From NCBI GenBank assembly GCA_964626205.1, contig CAZVED010000009.1, positions 1 to 34,447 of the forward strand: a stretch of 34,447 nucleotides of DNA. Reading direction: 5' to 3'. Shown here piece after piece: positions 7,293 to 15,635 of the stretch. Source of the stretch: an uncultured Gammaproteobacteria bacterium (lineage in GTDB: Bacteria > Patescibacteriota > Patescibacteriia > SG8-24). The notes beneath the pieces are model-generated. The model did no database searches. It was not told where the DNA came from and saw only the letters and a list, made by a program, of their open reading frames with translations. Made by a program: the position numbers and the translations under genes. How positions within the stretch are numbered: the stretch's first letter is position 1; each line of letters begins with the position of its first letter.

Positions 7293-9832
7293 TGCAGGGG
7301 CCGATGGCGTTCGGACGTAGCGCGGCACTCCCTGTCGGAGACGTCCTCGTGGAGCTCGGTAGCGGAACAGGTGGTCTTTCCGCCTCAACCGCGAAAGCCC
7401 GGCTTGCCGAGTACGGGCCAAACGCCATTGCTATCGCGAACGTCCGTATCCGCGACCTCCTGTGGCGACAAGTGAGCAATCCGTTCATGGCCCTCCTTGT
7501 CACGGCGGCGGTCGTGACGCTGGTGACGCACGAATTCGTCGATGCGGCACTCATTTCCGCTTTCATCGTCACGAACGTCAGCCTCGGGTTCCTCCAGGAA
7601 TACCGTGCGGAGCAGGCCGCAAAACTGTTGCGAACGTATTGGAAAAACGAGGCGAAAGCACGACGTGACGGAGCGGTCGCCGCCGTACCGTCGGAATCCC
7701 TCGTGCCCGGCGATATTGTCCTCCTTGCCTCTGGCGACCGCGTCCCTGCAGACATCCGCCTTCTGACAGTCGACGGATGCCTCATCGACGAGTCCATGCT
7801 CACTGGCGAATCTGCGGCAATCGTCAAGATCGCAGAGACGATGGCCGAAGTGCCAGGCGACTATCATCGCGCCGCGAACATCGCGTTCGCGGGGACGACC
7901 GTGCAGGCGGGAAAGGCGACTGGCGTCGTCATCGCGACAGGGCCGTCGTCATCGCTCGGACGCATCATGTCGCTCGGCCATGCAAGGAGCGGTAGCGGCG
8001 CACTCGAGCGCGAAGTGAACGCTTTCAGCACCTTCTCGCTCCGACTCGTCATTCTCACGCTTGTCGTCCTGTTTGTCATCAACGTCGCCCTGCGCGGCTT
8101 CACCGACATCACGGGGTTCGCGTTGTTCGCGATAGCGCTGCTCATCGGCGTCATCCCCGAAGCCTTGCCCGTCGTCATGATCATCGCGCATACCCGCGCG
8201 GCGCTGCTCATGGCGAAGGGTGGCGCCATCGTCAAGCGACTCTCCTCCATCGACGACCTCGGCAGCATCGATGTCCTCTGTATCGACAAGACGGGTACGG
8301 TAACGGAAAACGCCCTGCATGTCGCGGATGTCCATGGGAATGATCCTGATAGTACGTTCTTGCATGCACTCCTCGCGTCTGGCGGAAACGTGCTGACGAC
8401 GCGAATGGCAAGCGACGCCTTCGATGTCGCGCTTTGGAACCACGCGGACATCACACAACGCGCCGCCGTCGAAGCGTCCTCCATCATCGACGACATCGCC
8501 TTTCATCCCATCCGACGGCGGACGAGCGCGCTCGTGGATGCCGGCGGAAAACGTACGCTCATCGTCCGCGGTGCACCGGAGGCGGTCTTGCCGCTCTGCA
8601 GTACCGGCGTCCCGGACGAACTTTCGCTCGGTAAACTCATCGAAAGCGAAGGATATCGAGGTCGGCGCGTTTTCGCTGTCGCTGCTCGCGCGGCAAACGG
8701 TATAACGGACCTCACAGAGAACGATGAACACGACCTGACGTATCTCGGCCTCATCTCCTTCGAGGATCCGTTGAAGCGCGGAGCGGTCTCCGCGGTCCGC
8801 AAGGCGACGAAGCTCGGCGTCCGCGTGAAAATGCTTACCGGCGATGCGAAAGAGGTCGCCGGCGCGGTTGCGGTGCGCCTTGGTCTCACGAATGACGTCA
8901 CGGACGTCATTACTGGCGAGGAGTTCGATGCGTTGCCTGCGGACGAGCAGAGCAAGGCCGTCGAGCGTTACCAGGTGTTCGCTCGAGTCAACCCGGAACA
9001 CAAGTACCGTATCCTGTCCTTGTTAGAACAGCGCGGCGCCATGACCGGATTCATGGGCGAGGGCTTCAACGACGGGCCGGCGCTTAAGGTCGCGCACGTG
9101 GGCATCGCGGTCGATAACGCCGCGGACATTGCCAAGGACGCCGCGGATGTCATTCTCACGAAGAAGAGCCTCGCGGCCATCGTGGACGGTATCGCATCCG
9201 GACGGAAAAGCTTCGCCAACGTGGTGAAGTACCTCAAGATCACGCTCTCCGCGAACTTCGGGAACTTTTTTGCGGTCGCGGTCGCGTCTCTCTTCGTGCC
9301 GTTCTTGCCGATGCTGCCCGTGCAGATCCTGCTCTTGAACCTGCTCACGGACATGCCGCTCATCGCGGTGGTGGGGGATACCGTCCCAGACGAAGACCTC
9401 GCGAAGCCACGCCGCTACGACCCGAAAACGCTCATCGTGGCGACGACGCTCCTCGGCGTGGTAAGTTCCGGGTTCGACTTCCTCACCTTCGGCCTCTTCC
9501 AGCACCTTGGTCCAGAGATACTCCGTACCTTATGGTTCATCGAGAGCGCACTCAGCGAAATCGTCCTCATCCTCGCGGTCCGCTCCGTCGGTCCGTGGCG
9601 GAAGGCGCATCGGATGCCGACAGCCATGCGTTGGCTCATGATCGGTGTCTGCACGACCGTCATTGCGCTGCCGTATCTTCCGGTTGGTCGTACGCTCTTC
9701 TCCTTCGTGGCGCCGTCGCCACTGCAACTTGCGAGCGTCCTGGGCATCGTCGGCGCGTATCTCGTCGTGACTGAATGGATAAAGAACGGGCTTCCCGGCG
9801 TACGTTCCAAAACCTCCACTGACGGCGTTTGA
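7289..9832 (+). CDS. cation-transporting P-type ATPase (P2/P3B-like, Mg2+/Ca2+-type)
   Basis: 847 aa with TGES (MLTGESAAIVK), PEALP in M4, the phosphorylation site CIDKTGTVTEN (DKTGT at 8285..8299) and the hinge GEGFNDGPALK (9056..9073 plus flank). C-terminal TM helices are present. The ATG overlaps the msrA stop (ATGA at 7289..7292). Confidence 0.9.
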   Translation: MMQGPMAFGRSAALPVGDVLVELGSGTGGLSASTAKARLAEYGPNAIAIANVRIRDLLWRQVSNPFMALLVTAAVVTLVTHEFVDAALISAFIVTNVSLGFLQEYRAEQAAKLLRTYWKNEAKARRDGAVAAVPSESLVPGDIVLLASGDRVPADIRLLTVDGCLIDESMLTGESAAIVKIAETMAEVPGDYHRAANIAFAGTTVQAGKATGVVIATGPSSSLGRIMSLGHARSGSGALEREVNAFSTFSLRLVILTLVVLFVINVALRGFTDITGFALFAIALLIGVIPEALPVVMIIAHTRAALLMAKGGAIVKRLSSIDDLGSIDVLCIDKTGTVTENALHVADVHGNDPDSTFLHALLASGGNVLTTRMASDAFDVALWNHADITQRAAVEASSIIDDIAFHPIRRRTSALVDAGGKRTLIVRGAPEAVLPLCSTGVPDELSLGKLIESEGYRGRRVFAVAARAANGITDLTENDEHDLTYLGLISFEDPLKRGAVSAVRKATKLGVRVKMLTGDAKEVAGAVAVRLGLTNDVTDVITGEEFDALPADEQSKAVERYQVFARVNPEHKYRILSLLEQRGAMTGFMGEGFNDGPALKVAHVGIAVDNAADIAKDAADVILTKKSLAAIVDGIASGRKSFANVVKYLKITLSANFGNFFAVAVASLFVPFLPMLPVQILLLNLLTDMPLIAVVGDTVPDEDLAKPRRYDPKTLIVATTLLGVVSSGFDFLTFGLFQHLGPEILRTLWFIESALSEIVLILAVRSVGPWRKAHRMPTAMRWLMIGVCTTVIALPYLPVGRTLFSFVAPSPLQLASVLGIVGAYLVVTEWIKNGLPGVRSKTSTDGV

Positions 9833-9884
9833 CACTCCTTCCTGCTCCTGTACGCTGAAAGCATCGTCCTGAACGGAGGAACCG

Positions 9885-10118
9885 ATGTCCTTTCTCATCG
9901 CTATCGCAGGATTCTGCGCGCTTGGCATCGCCATCCTCTTGGCCGCCATCTTTCTCGGTCGCCTGCTGTATCTCGCCATCAAAGAGCTGCGGCGTCGGCG
10001 CTTCGCCACCGAACAGCTCATCATCGCCGAACGCGAGAATCGCGATCTGCTGACCAAGCTCGTCGTACGCGAGTACGGAAAACGGAAGTGCTCCTGTGCG
10101 CATCATCCGTCCGAGTAA
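9885..10118 (+). CDS. hypothetical small single-TM protein
   Basis: 77 aa (MSFLIAIAGFCALGIAILLAAIFLG...) followed by a charged helix and a CSCAHH tail. GGAGGA lies at 9875..9880, 4 nt before the ATG, and a strong terminator follows. Confidence 0.5.
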   Translation: MSFLIAIAGFCALGIAILLAAIFLGRLLYLAIKELRRRRFATEQLIIAERENRDLLTKLVVREYGKRKCSCAHHPSE

Positions 10119-10121
10119 CAA

Positions 10122-10147
10122 AACGCCCTCCCATGCGGGAGGGCGTT
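10122..10147. terminator. bidirectional intrinsic terminator (small membrane protein gene / rpmB)
   Basis: AACGCCCTCCC-ATGC-GGGAGGGCGTT is a perfect 11-bp stem followed by a T-rich tract. It sits between convergent stops at 10118 and 10157. Confidence 0.8.
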
Positions 10148-10156
10148 CTTTTGTTC

Positions 10157-10384
10157 TTACTGGAGATCGCGGAGGTCGAACGTCTTTCCTTCCGCCGTCC
10201 ACTTCGCCAGGGTCTTGAGGCCCTTGGTCGAAAGACAGACGGTCTCCTTCTTGCCGGTCGCCGGGTTGAGCAGCGTCTTCGACTGAAGGTTCGGATGCTG
10301 CCACTTTCGGGTCTTCCGGTTGGAGTGGCTGACGTTATGGGCCTTCCGGGTCTGCTTGCCGGTAAGCTTGCACACCTGTGCCAT
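10157..10384 (-). CDS. rpmB: 50S ribosomal protein L28
   Basis: 75 aa MAQVCKLTGKQTRKAHNVSHSNRKTRKWQHPNLQ..., the classic L28 N-terminal signature. Confidence 0.93.
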   Translation of the reverse strand: MAQVCKLTGKQTRKAHNVSHSNRKTRKWQHPNLQSKTLLNPATGKKETVCLSTKGLKTLAKWTAEGKTFDLRDLQ

Positions 10385-10545
10385 ACGTGGTGGGGGTTAA
10401 GTACCGTCGGAGCTTACCGGACCACAGGATTCTTGGCAAGTGCCGAAGCCATCCACACCTTATCATTGCGAGAGCGGTTTGACCTTATCAAAACGAACCT
10501 TTAGGCTTGCTCCGCATTGACCATACGGACACAAGGAGCAACTCA

Positions 10546-11763
10546 ATGCGGCAACCCTCGTACCTTCTCATCGGCGCAGGCGAACAGACCAAGGCGGTCC
10601 TCGATGACATCCTGCGCTTCCATGCCCCCGATCGCGTCGTCGTCGCGGATATCGACTACGACCGTGCCAACGACCTCGTGGAATGGTCGGATCGCGCATT
10701 TCCGGATCATGCATGCGTCATGGAAGCCGTCCGTCTGGACGCGTTTGATCATGCCGCATGCCTCAAGATGATGCGTGGCGCGCGTGGCGGCTTCCGCCCC
10801 GACGTCGCCATCAACTGCGCCGGCAACGCCATGAACCCCACGGTCACGGCTGCTGCCATCGAGGCACGGTGCCACTACGTGGACATCGGCCACGACGAAG
10901 CCGTCATCGCGAAGCAGTTCGCCATGCACGACGCTGCCAAGGCGGCGCGCGTACGGATCGTGCCCACCTGCGGTATCGCCCCAGGAGCGCAGGCCATGAT
11001 CGTCATGCACGCCATGGAGCTCCTCGACCCGCTGGACACGTCCGGGGCATCCATCAAGGTGCGGTGCGGCGGCATTCCGCAGGTACCCAAGGGACCGCTC
11101 GGCTACCGCTGGGCGTTCGCGACGTCCGGCCTGCTCAAGGAATATCTGCAACCGACCAACGTCCTCAGGGGCGGCATCTCGACCTTCGCCACGTCAATGA
11201 CCGGTGACGAACCCCAGGACGTGTCCGGCGTCGGCAAGCTGGAAGCATCCTTCACCGGTGGCAACACCGGCACCATGGTCGCTTCGCTCCAGGACATGGG
11301 GTACAGGGGCGACTTCGACTACATGACGCTCCGCTACCCCGGCCACTGGCAAAAGATGCGCGACTTCCAGGAGCTCGGCCTGTTCGACTCCAAGGAGTTC
11401 GTCACGCTGCTCGAGCGTCATCTCCTGCAGTACAAGGACGACCCGGACCTGCTCGTGCTCCGCGTCATCGCAGAGGATGCTCGGCGCGTCGTCACTTGCG
11501 ACCTCGTGGACCGTTTCGACCCTGCGACCGGCCTCTCGGCCATGCAGCGTTGCACCGGCTTCTCCGCCGCCATCATGGCGCGGATGCTCCACGACGGTGG
11601 CGTGCAGGACACGGGCGTGCTCCGGCAGGAAGCATCCATCCCGCACAATGTCTTCCTCAAGGAGTGGGCGAAGCGGGGACTGCACCTGCGCATCGCGGTC
11701 CGCGACAAGAAAGGCCACCGTCGCCCGACGGTCTGCAAGGTCTCAGGGAAGAAGGTTCCGTAG
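10546..11763 (+). CDS. saccharopine dehydrogenase family oxidoreductase (LysDH / carboxynorspermidine dehydrogenase-like)
   Basis: ORF 10507 (TTG) trimmed to ATG 10546, which is preceded by AAGGAG. Motifs are ...LLIGAGEQTKAV... (degenerate Rossmann), ...PTCGIAPGA... and ...LRYPGHW.... About 405 aa. Confidence 0.7.
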   Translation: MRQPSYLLIGAGEQTKAVLDDILRFHAPDRVVVADIDYDRANDLVEWSDRAFPDHACVMEAVRLDAFDHAACLKMMRGARGGFRPDVAINCAGNAMNPTVTAAAIEARCHYVDIGHDEAVIAKQFAMHDAAKAARVRIVPTCGIAPGAQAMIVMHAMELLDPLDTSGASIKVRCGGIPQVPKGPLGYRWAFATSGLLKEYLQPTNVLRGGISTFATSMTGDEPQDVSGVGKLEASFTGGNTGTMVASLQDMGYRGDFDYMTLRYPGHWQKMRDFQELGLFDSKEFVTLLERHLLQYKDDPDLLVLRVIAEDARRVVTCDLVDRFDPATGLSAMQRCTGFSAAIMARMLHDGGVQDTGVLRQEASIPHNVFLKEWAKRGLHLRIAVRDKKGHRRPTVCKVSGKKVP

Positions 11764-11768
11764 GGTAC

Positions 11769-11795
11769 GACCGGCCAGCATGGCCGGTCTTTTTT
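11769..11795 (+). terminator. rho-independent terminator
   Basis: GACCGGCCA-GCA-TGGCCGGTC is a perfect 9-bp stem followed by T6, starting 6 nt after the stop at 11763. Confidence 0.8.
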
Positions 11796-11797
11796 CA

Positions 11798-11806
11798 TGC
11801 TATCCT
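11798..11806 (+). promoter_or_regulatory. candidate extended -10 element TGCTATCCT (leaderless arrangement)
   Basis: Follows the terminator directly. The hexamer TATCCT ends 8 nt before ATG 11815. Confidence 0.4.
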
Positions 11807-11814
11807 TTCTCCAT

Positions 11815-12684
11815 ATGGAAACCATGAAACGCTTCCCGTGGACATCTGTCATCGTGCTGCTCGCCATCATGGTACTTACGGTCGCCGCTGCAGCCAACAG
11901 GCGGATGTCGCCGCCTTCAGGCACGACCGCTCCTGCTGACATTCTTCTAAGCGACGCTGCTGCTCAGGATGCCGCAACGGAGGAGGCATTCGTGCCTCTC
12001 ACGCCACCCGACTCCGTCATCGCCCCCATCCTGACGTACCACAATGTCCGCCCGCGTCATGAAGCGCCGGCGAACGTCGACGAAGCGTACGATGTCACGC
12101 CGGACGAACTGGAGGCGCATCTTGCCTACCTCCGTGACAACGACTATACCTCCGTCACGCAACGCGACCTCGCTGCCATGCTCGACGGTACGATGCCGGT
12201 GCCGGAGAAACCCGTCCTCATCGGCTTCGACGACGGCCGCGATACGCACATGACCTATGCCGCGCCGCTCCTCGAAGAGTACGGTATAAAAGCGACCTTC
12301 TTCGTCTTCACGAACGCCATCGACCGCCCTGGCTACCTCACCTGGGATGCTCTCCTCGCCCTAGAAGCAGCCGGGCATGAGATCGGTTCTCATACCCGCT
12401 ACCATCCGTTCCTCACCAAAATCACGGACCCCGAGGAGCTGGAGGCGGAAGTCGGTGGAAGCAAACGAACCTTGGATGCGCGGCTGGCGCAACCGACCGT
12501 CAGCATCGCGTACCCGTTCGGTCTGTGGAACGAGGGGACCGTGGAAGCAGCAAAGGCTGCAGGGTACGCTTCGGCGCGCGGTCTCCGTCATGATGTAGTG
12601 CATACCGAAGCGGAGCGCTACGACCTCGGCGGCTACATTGTCACCGGACCACTGTCGCAATTCCTCCGTATCCTTGGAGAATGA
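11815..12684 (+). CDS. polysaccharide deacetylase (NodB homology domain), membrane-anchored
   Basis: ORF 11797..12684. I prefer start ATG 11815 (METMKRFPWTSVIVLLAIMVLT...) because of the -10 position; ATG 11797 or 11824 remain possible. NodB motifs are ...LIGFDDGRDTH... and ...EIGSHTRYHP.... Confidence 0.8.
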   Translation: METMKRFPWTSVIVLLAIMVLTVAAAANRRMSPPSGTTAPADILLSDAAAQDAATEEAFVPLTPPDSVIAPILTYHNVRPRHEAPANVDEAYDVTPDELEAHLAYLRDNDYTSVTQRDLAAMLDGTMPVPEKPVLIGFDDGRDTHMTYAAPLLEEYGIKATFFVFTNAIDRPGYLTWDALLALEAAGHEIGSHTRYHPFLTKITDPEELEAEVGGSKRTLDARLAQPTVSIAYPFGLWNEGTVEAAKAAGYASARGLRHDVVHTEAERYDLGGYIVTGPLSQFLRILGE

Positions 12685-12735
12685 GCCGTGGACAGACTCG
12701 TGGACCTGTCACACTATCTCATGTAGTGTACCCAT

Positions 12736-13302
12736 ATGCATACGCAACGAAACCTCAGCATCCTCATCGCCGCCGTTGGTCTCATCGCCGTGGCCGCATT
12801 CGCTTACGCTGAGCGCTCCGCATCGCTACCTATCTCCTGCAGTGATAGCGCATCGGGCGGCTTCGGTTGTGCGACGGAGGACACCGTGTTGTCTGCCCGG
12901 ACCGGTACGGCACCCGACTTCACGTTGCCGACGCTCGACGGAGCGACGTTGACGCTCTCCTACATCCTCGCCGAAAAACCCGTCGTGCTCGACTTCTGGG
13001 CATCGTGGTGCCCGCATTGCCAAGCAAACATGCCGAACCTCGACGCGCTCTATACCGACTACGGCGACCGCATCGAAGTGATCGGCGTAAACATGCGGGA
13101 AAGCCCGGAAAAGGCGCGGGCGTTCGCGGACCGACTCGACATCTCGTACCCCATCGTGCTCGATGCTGGCGACGTGGCTTCGGCATATGGTATTCGCTAC
13201 ACCAACACGCACGTCCTCATTCGCCAGGACGGGACCATCCTGAAAGTCCTGGCAGGGGACATCGGTGCCGCAGAGCTGGAGGAACTCCTCGTCCTGCCGT
13301 GA
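12736..13302 (+). CDS. TlpA/ResA-like thiol:disulfide oxidoreductase, membrane-anchored
   Basis: 188 aa with an N-terminal anchor (LSILIAAVGLIAVAAFAY) and a thioredoxin fold carrying ...VVLDFWASWCPHCQANMP.... Confidence 0.85.
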   Translation: MHTQRNLSILIAAVGLIAVAAFAYAERSASLPISCSDSASGGFGCATEDTVLSARTGTAPDFTLPTLDGATLTLSYILAEKPVVLDFWASWCPHCQANMPNLDALYTDYGDRIEVIGVNMRESPEKARAFADRLDISYPIVLDAGDVASAYGIRYTNTHVLIRQDGTILKVLAGDIGAAELEELLVLP

Positions 13303-13337
13303 CCGTGGATAAGTCCTCTAGGCAGTCTCCTCGGCGT

Positions 13338-13346
13338 TGCTATACT
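13338..13346 (+). promoter_or_regulatory. candidate extended -10 element TGCTATACT
   Basis: Lies in the gap after the TlpA-like gene, with 37 nt between its last base and the microprotein ATG. Confidence 0.4.
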
Positions 13347-13383
13347 TTTCCCGTTACTTTTTAACAGCACTAAACATCCCACT

Positions 13384-13536
13384 ATGGGTAAGCTGTGCAG
13401 CTCCTGCGGAGACGAAATCATGGACCCGAAGCTTCCGGACGATGAACCGGAAGAATGCGCCAACTGCGCCCCTGTCGAAGACGCTACGGACGACGGTATG
13501 GGCATGGGTCTGGACGACTCCATGGACGAAGCCTAA
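13384..13536 (+). CDS. candidate 50-aa zinc-ribbon microprotein with acidic tail
   Basis: Below the ORF-track size cutoff. My translation is MGKLCSSCGDEIMDPKLPDDEPEECANCAPVEDATDDGMGMGLDDSMDEA. It has CxxC-x16-CxxC, mostly G/C at third codon positions (36 of 50 by my count), its own -10 candidate and a strong terminator. No obvious SD. Confidence 0.5.
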   Translation: MGKLCSSCGDEIMDPKLPDDEPEECANCAPVEDATDDGMGMGLDDSMDEA

Positions 13537-13542
13537 GAACGA

Positions 13543-13571
13543 AAAACACGGTGCAGAAAGCACCGTGTTTT
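13543..13571. terminator. bidirectional intrinsic terminator (microprotein / pepF)
   Basis: AAAACACGGTGC-AGAAA-GCACCGTGTTTT is a perfect 12-bp stem whose outer base pairs are the flanking A and T runs. It sits between convergent stops at 13536 and 13580. Confidence 0.8.
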
Positions 13572-13579
13572 GTTTTCCG

Positions 13580-15433
13580 TCAGGTTCGCGGCGAGATGCC
13601 GAGCTCCGCGGAAAGCCGCTCGGCTTCTTCGACGAGCGTACCGAGGCTCACCTCGATGCCCGCACGCCAGAATTCCTTCGTCGTCGGATCGAACCCGAAC
13701 GGCGCCATGAGCGAGACGACGTCGTGTCGATCGCCGGAACGGAGCATATCCAGGTACAACGGCTCGAACCGGTCTCCCAGCGCATCGCGCTTAGCATACA
13801 AGCTCTGCGTCAGGAGTTCTCCGAACGCGTAAGCGTACACATAGAACGGACGGTGGAAGTGGCTCACGTACGCCCACAGATGCTCCACATGCTCGTAGGT
13901 GAACACGTCGCCGTGCTTGCCATAGAGCTCCTGGAGCGTCTCCATCCAGATGGCACCAAGCTCGTCCGGCGAAAGACGCCTTCCTGCACCGTGCACGCGT
14001 CGCTCGAAATTGGAGAACCCAATCTGTCGCACGGCCGTATTCAGCATGTCGTCGATCTTGCCCATGATGAAGCCGAGCAAGGCCTTCTTGTCGCTGGACG
14101 CCTCCAACTCCTTGCGGAGGAAGGTGAACGTCGTCATCTCACCGAACACCGAAGCCGTCTCTGCGTACGCCATGGGCGCATGCTGCATGAGCGTTCCTGC
14201 TGATTCGCCGGCGAGGATGCCGTGCGCACCGTGCCCGAGCTCATGCGCGAGCGTCATGACGTCGCGCGCGGAGCCGAGATAGTTGAGGAAGGTGAACGAC
14301 ACCGGCCTCCCGAGGCGCTTGCTCGTGAACGAGTAGTTGTAAGCGCCGCTGCCGCGCCCTGGATAGACCGGTGCGTCAATGCGCTTCTCCATAAGCTGCC
14401 GTTCTACGATGTCGCCGAGCGTTGGACTGAAGCTGCGATACGCCGCCAGCACCGTCGCCATACCCTCGTCGAAGGGGATCTTTGCATCCATGACGAAGGG
14501 GATATCCGCGTTCCGATCGCTCCAACGGAGCTTGGGAACGCCCAAATGCACAGCCTTGAGCCGGTAGAACCGCTGCGCCAAAGGTGCCGCGGCCTCCGTG
14601 ACAGCCTCGTGCAGCGCCCCCACAACTTGGTCGGGGATCTTGCTGCCCTTGTTGCGGGACTCCATCGGATGCTTGTACCCGCGCTCGACATCTTCGCGCG
14701 CCTTCGCGCGGACGACCATGTTGAGCGTCTGCGCGGAGTACTTGAGAAACGGCCCGGAGAGGCCCTTGTGGACGATCTCGAGCATCGCGGCACGTCGATC
14801 GCCGTCGCGCTCCTCAGTCATGGCATGGAGGATCTCCGTAAGCGTCAATGTCTTTCCTTCGTAGATGAAGCGAAGGTCCGCTTCGACCTCGTCGAAGAAG
14901 GTCGCCCACGCGTCCGGACCGAACATGTCGCGCTTCGAAAGCGCCTCCTCGACTGGCTCGCTGAGCAGGTGCGGCTTGAAGACGCGCGCATGCTCGATCC
15001 ATGGGAGATGTTTTGCCACGATGTCCGACGTTTCGGCCTGCCGAGCAATATCCTCGTCGGACAGGGCGACGAGCTCATGAGTGAAGAATGTGAGCCCTTC
15101 GGTGAGCGGCGCTGTGAGGCGTTCTTGTACCGACGCTTGTTTGGTCTTCACCGCCTCGTCGTTCTGGTCCAGGCTGGACCGGAGGAAGAGATACACCATG
15201 ACATCGTGTTGAATCTCATGGATCTCCATGTACGCCGTAAGCGCGTCGCCGAGCCGAGAAGCCAGATTGCCCTTGTAGGCACTCTTAAACGAGCCTGCCG
15301 AGGCGATGAGTCGGACGATATCAGCCTCCATGGCCGGATCATCGATGCCGGAATACAGCACGGAGAGGTCCCAGCGGACGTCCTTGGTGCGCAACAGTTC
15401 CTCCTTGCTTGGTTTTTCGATCAAAGAACCCAT
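13580..15433 (-). CDS. M3-family oligoendopeptidase (PepF-like)
   Basis: ORF 13580..15787 trimmed to ATG 15433 (MGSLIEKPSKEELLRTKDVRWDLSVLYSGIDDP..., a typical PepF N-terminus). Zinc site is ...LAHELGHGAHG.... About 617 aa. Confidence 0.9.
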   Translation of the reverse strand: MGSLIEKPSKEELLRTKDVRWDLSVLYSGIDDPAMEADIVRLIASAGSFKSAYKGNLASRLGDALTAYMEIHEIQHDVMVYLFLRSSLDQNDEAVKTKQASVQERLTAPLTEGLTFFTHELVALSDEDIARQAETSDIVAKHLPWIEHARVFKPHLLSEPVEEALSKRDMFGPDAWATFFDEVEADLRFIYEGKTLTLTEILHAMTEERDGDRRAAMLEIVHKGLSGPFLKYSAQTLNMVVRAKAREDVERGYKHPMESRNKGSKIPDQVVGALHEAVTEAAAPLAQRFYRLKAVHLGVPKLRWSDRNADIPFVMDAKIPFDEGMATVLAAYRSFSPTLGDIVERQLMEKRIDAPVYPGRGSGAYNYSFTSKRLGRPVSFTFLNYLGSARDVMTLAHELGHGAHGILAGESAGTLMQHAPMAYAETASVFGEMTTFTFLRKELEASSDKKALLGFIMGKIDDMLNTAVRQIGFSNFERRVHGAGRRLSPDELGAIWMETLQELYGKHGDVFTYEHVEHLWAYVSHFHRPFYVYAYAFGELLTQSLYAKRDALGDRFEPLYLDMLRSGDRHDVVSLMAPFGFDPTTKEFWRAGIEVSLGTLVEEAERLSAELGISPRT

Positions 15434-15565
15434 ACGTTCCGGGTTAGCGTGGGTGAATCGTTCCTTAGCGTACAGGGTTTTCCTTGGACACGGAACGCCA
15501 TTGGAAAATGTCCCTTGGTCGCTATTAAACTTTGCTAGGTTGAGCAAAATACTCCCCTCGGACCC

Positions 15566-15594
15566 TTGACAAGACGGCAAAAATATGATATGGT
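15566..15594 (+). promoter_or_regulatory. sigma70-type promoter TTGACA-N17-TATGGT with TGa extension
   Basis: TTGACA at 15566..15571, a 17-nt spacer ending in TGA, then TATGGT at 15589..15594. It lies upstream of the SLT-domain gene (ATG 15636). A second possible element, TGCTAGGTT, is at 15533..15541. Confidence 0.55.
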
Positions 15595-15635
15595 GCGCGG
15601 TCGACCACAGCGGTCGTTTTTTCTTACCCCAATGT

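Noticed and set aside
10441-10472. CCGAAGCCATCC ... TCATTGCGAG in the rpmB upstream region, resembling both termini of the REP-like units.
   Set aside because: Only one 10-nt exact match plus a degenerate second half, arranged in the wrong relative order for a unit and lacking an inner hairpin. It may be a relic, but a chance match cannot be excluded without genome-wide counts.
14222-15538. 438-aa plus-strand ORF antisense to the M3 peptidase gene. Similar long antisense ORFs occur at 5563..6726, 7949..9001, 29011..29898 and 33061..34293.
   Set aside because: These show the same shadow-frame effect in GC-rich coding DNA. Their products are Arg/Asp/His-rich with no recognisable domains, and each opposite strand encodes a well-supported protein (PepF, MgtE, P-type ATPase, GT4, peroxiredoxin).
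15597-15625. GCGGTCG direct repeat, a GGTCGACC palindrome and a T6 run in the leader of the SLT-domain gene, suggestive of an attenuator.
   Set aside because: The best stem is only 5 bp (CGACC/GGTCG), which is too weak to call a terminator or attenuator from sequence alone.
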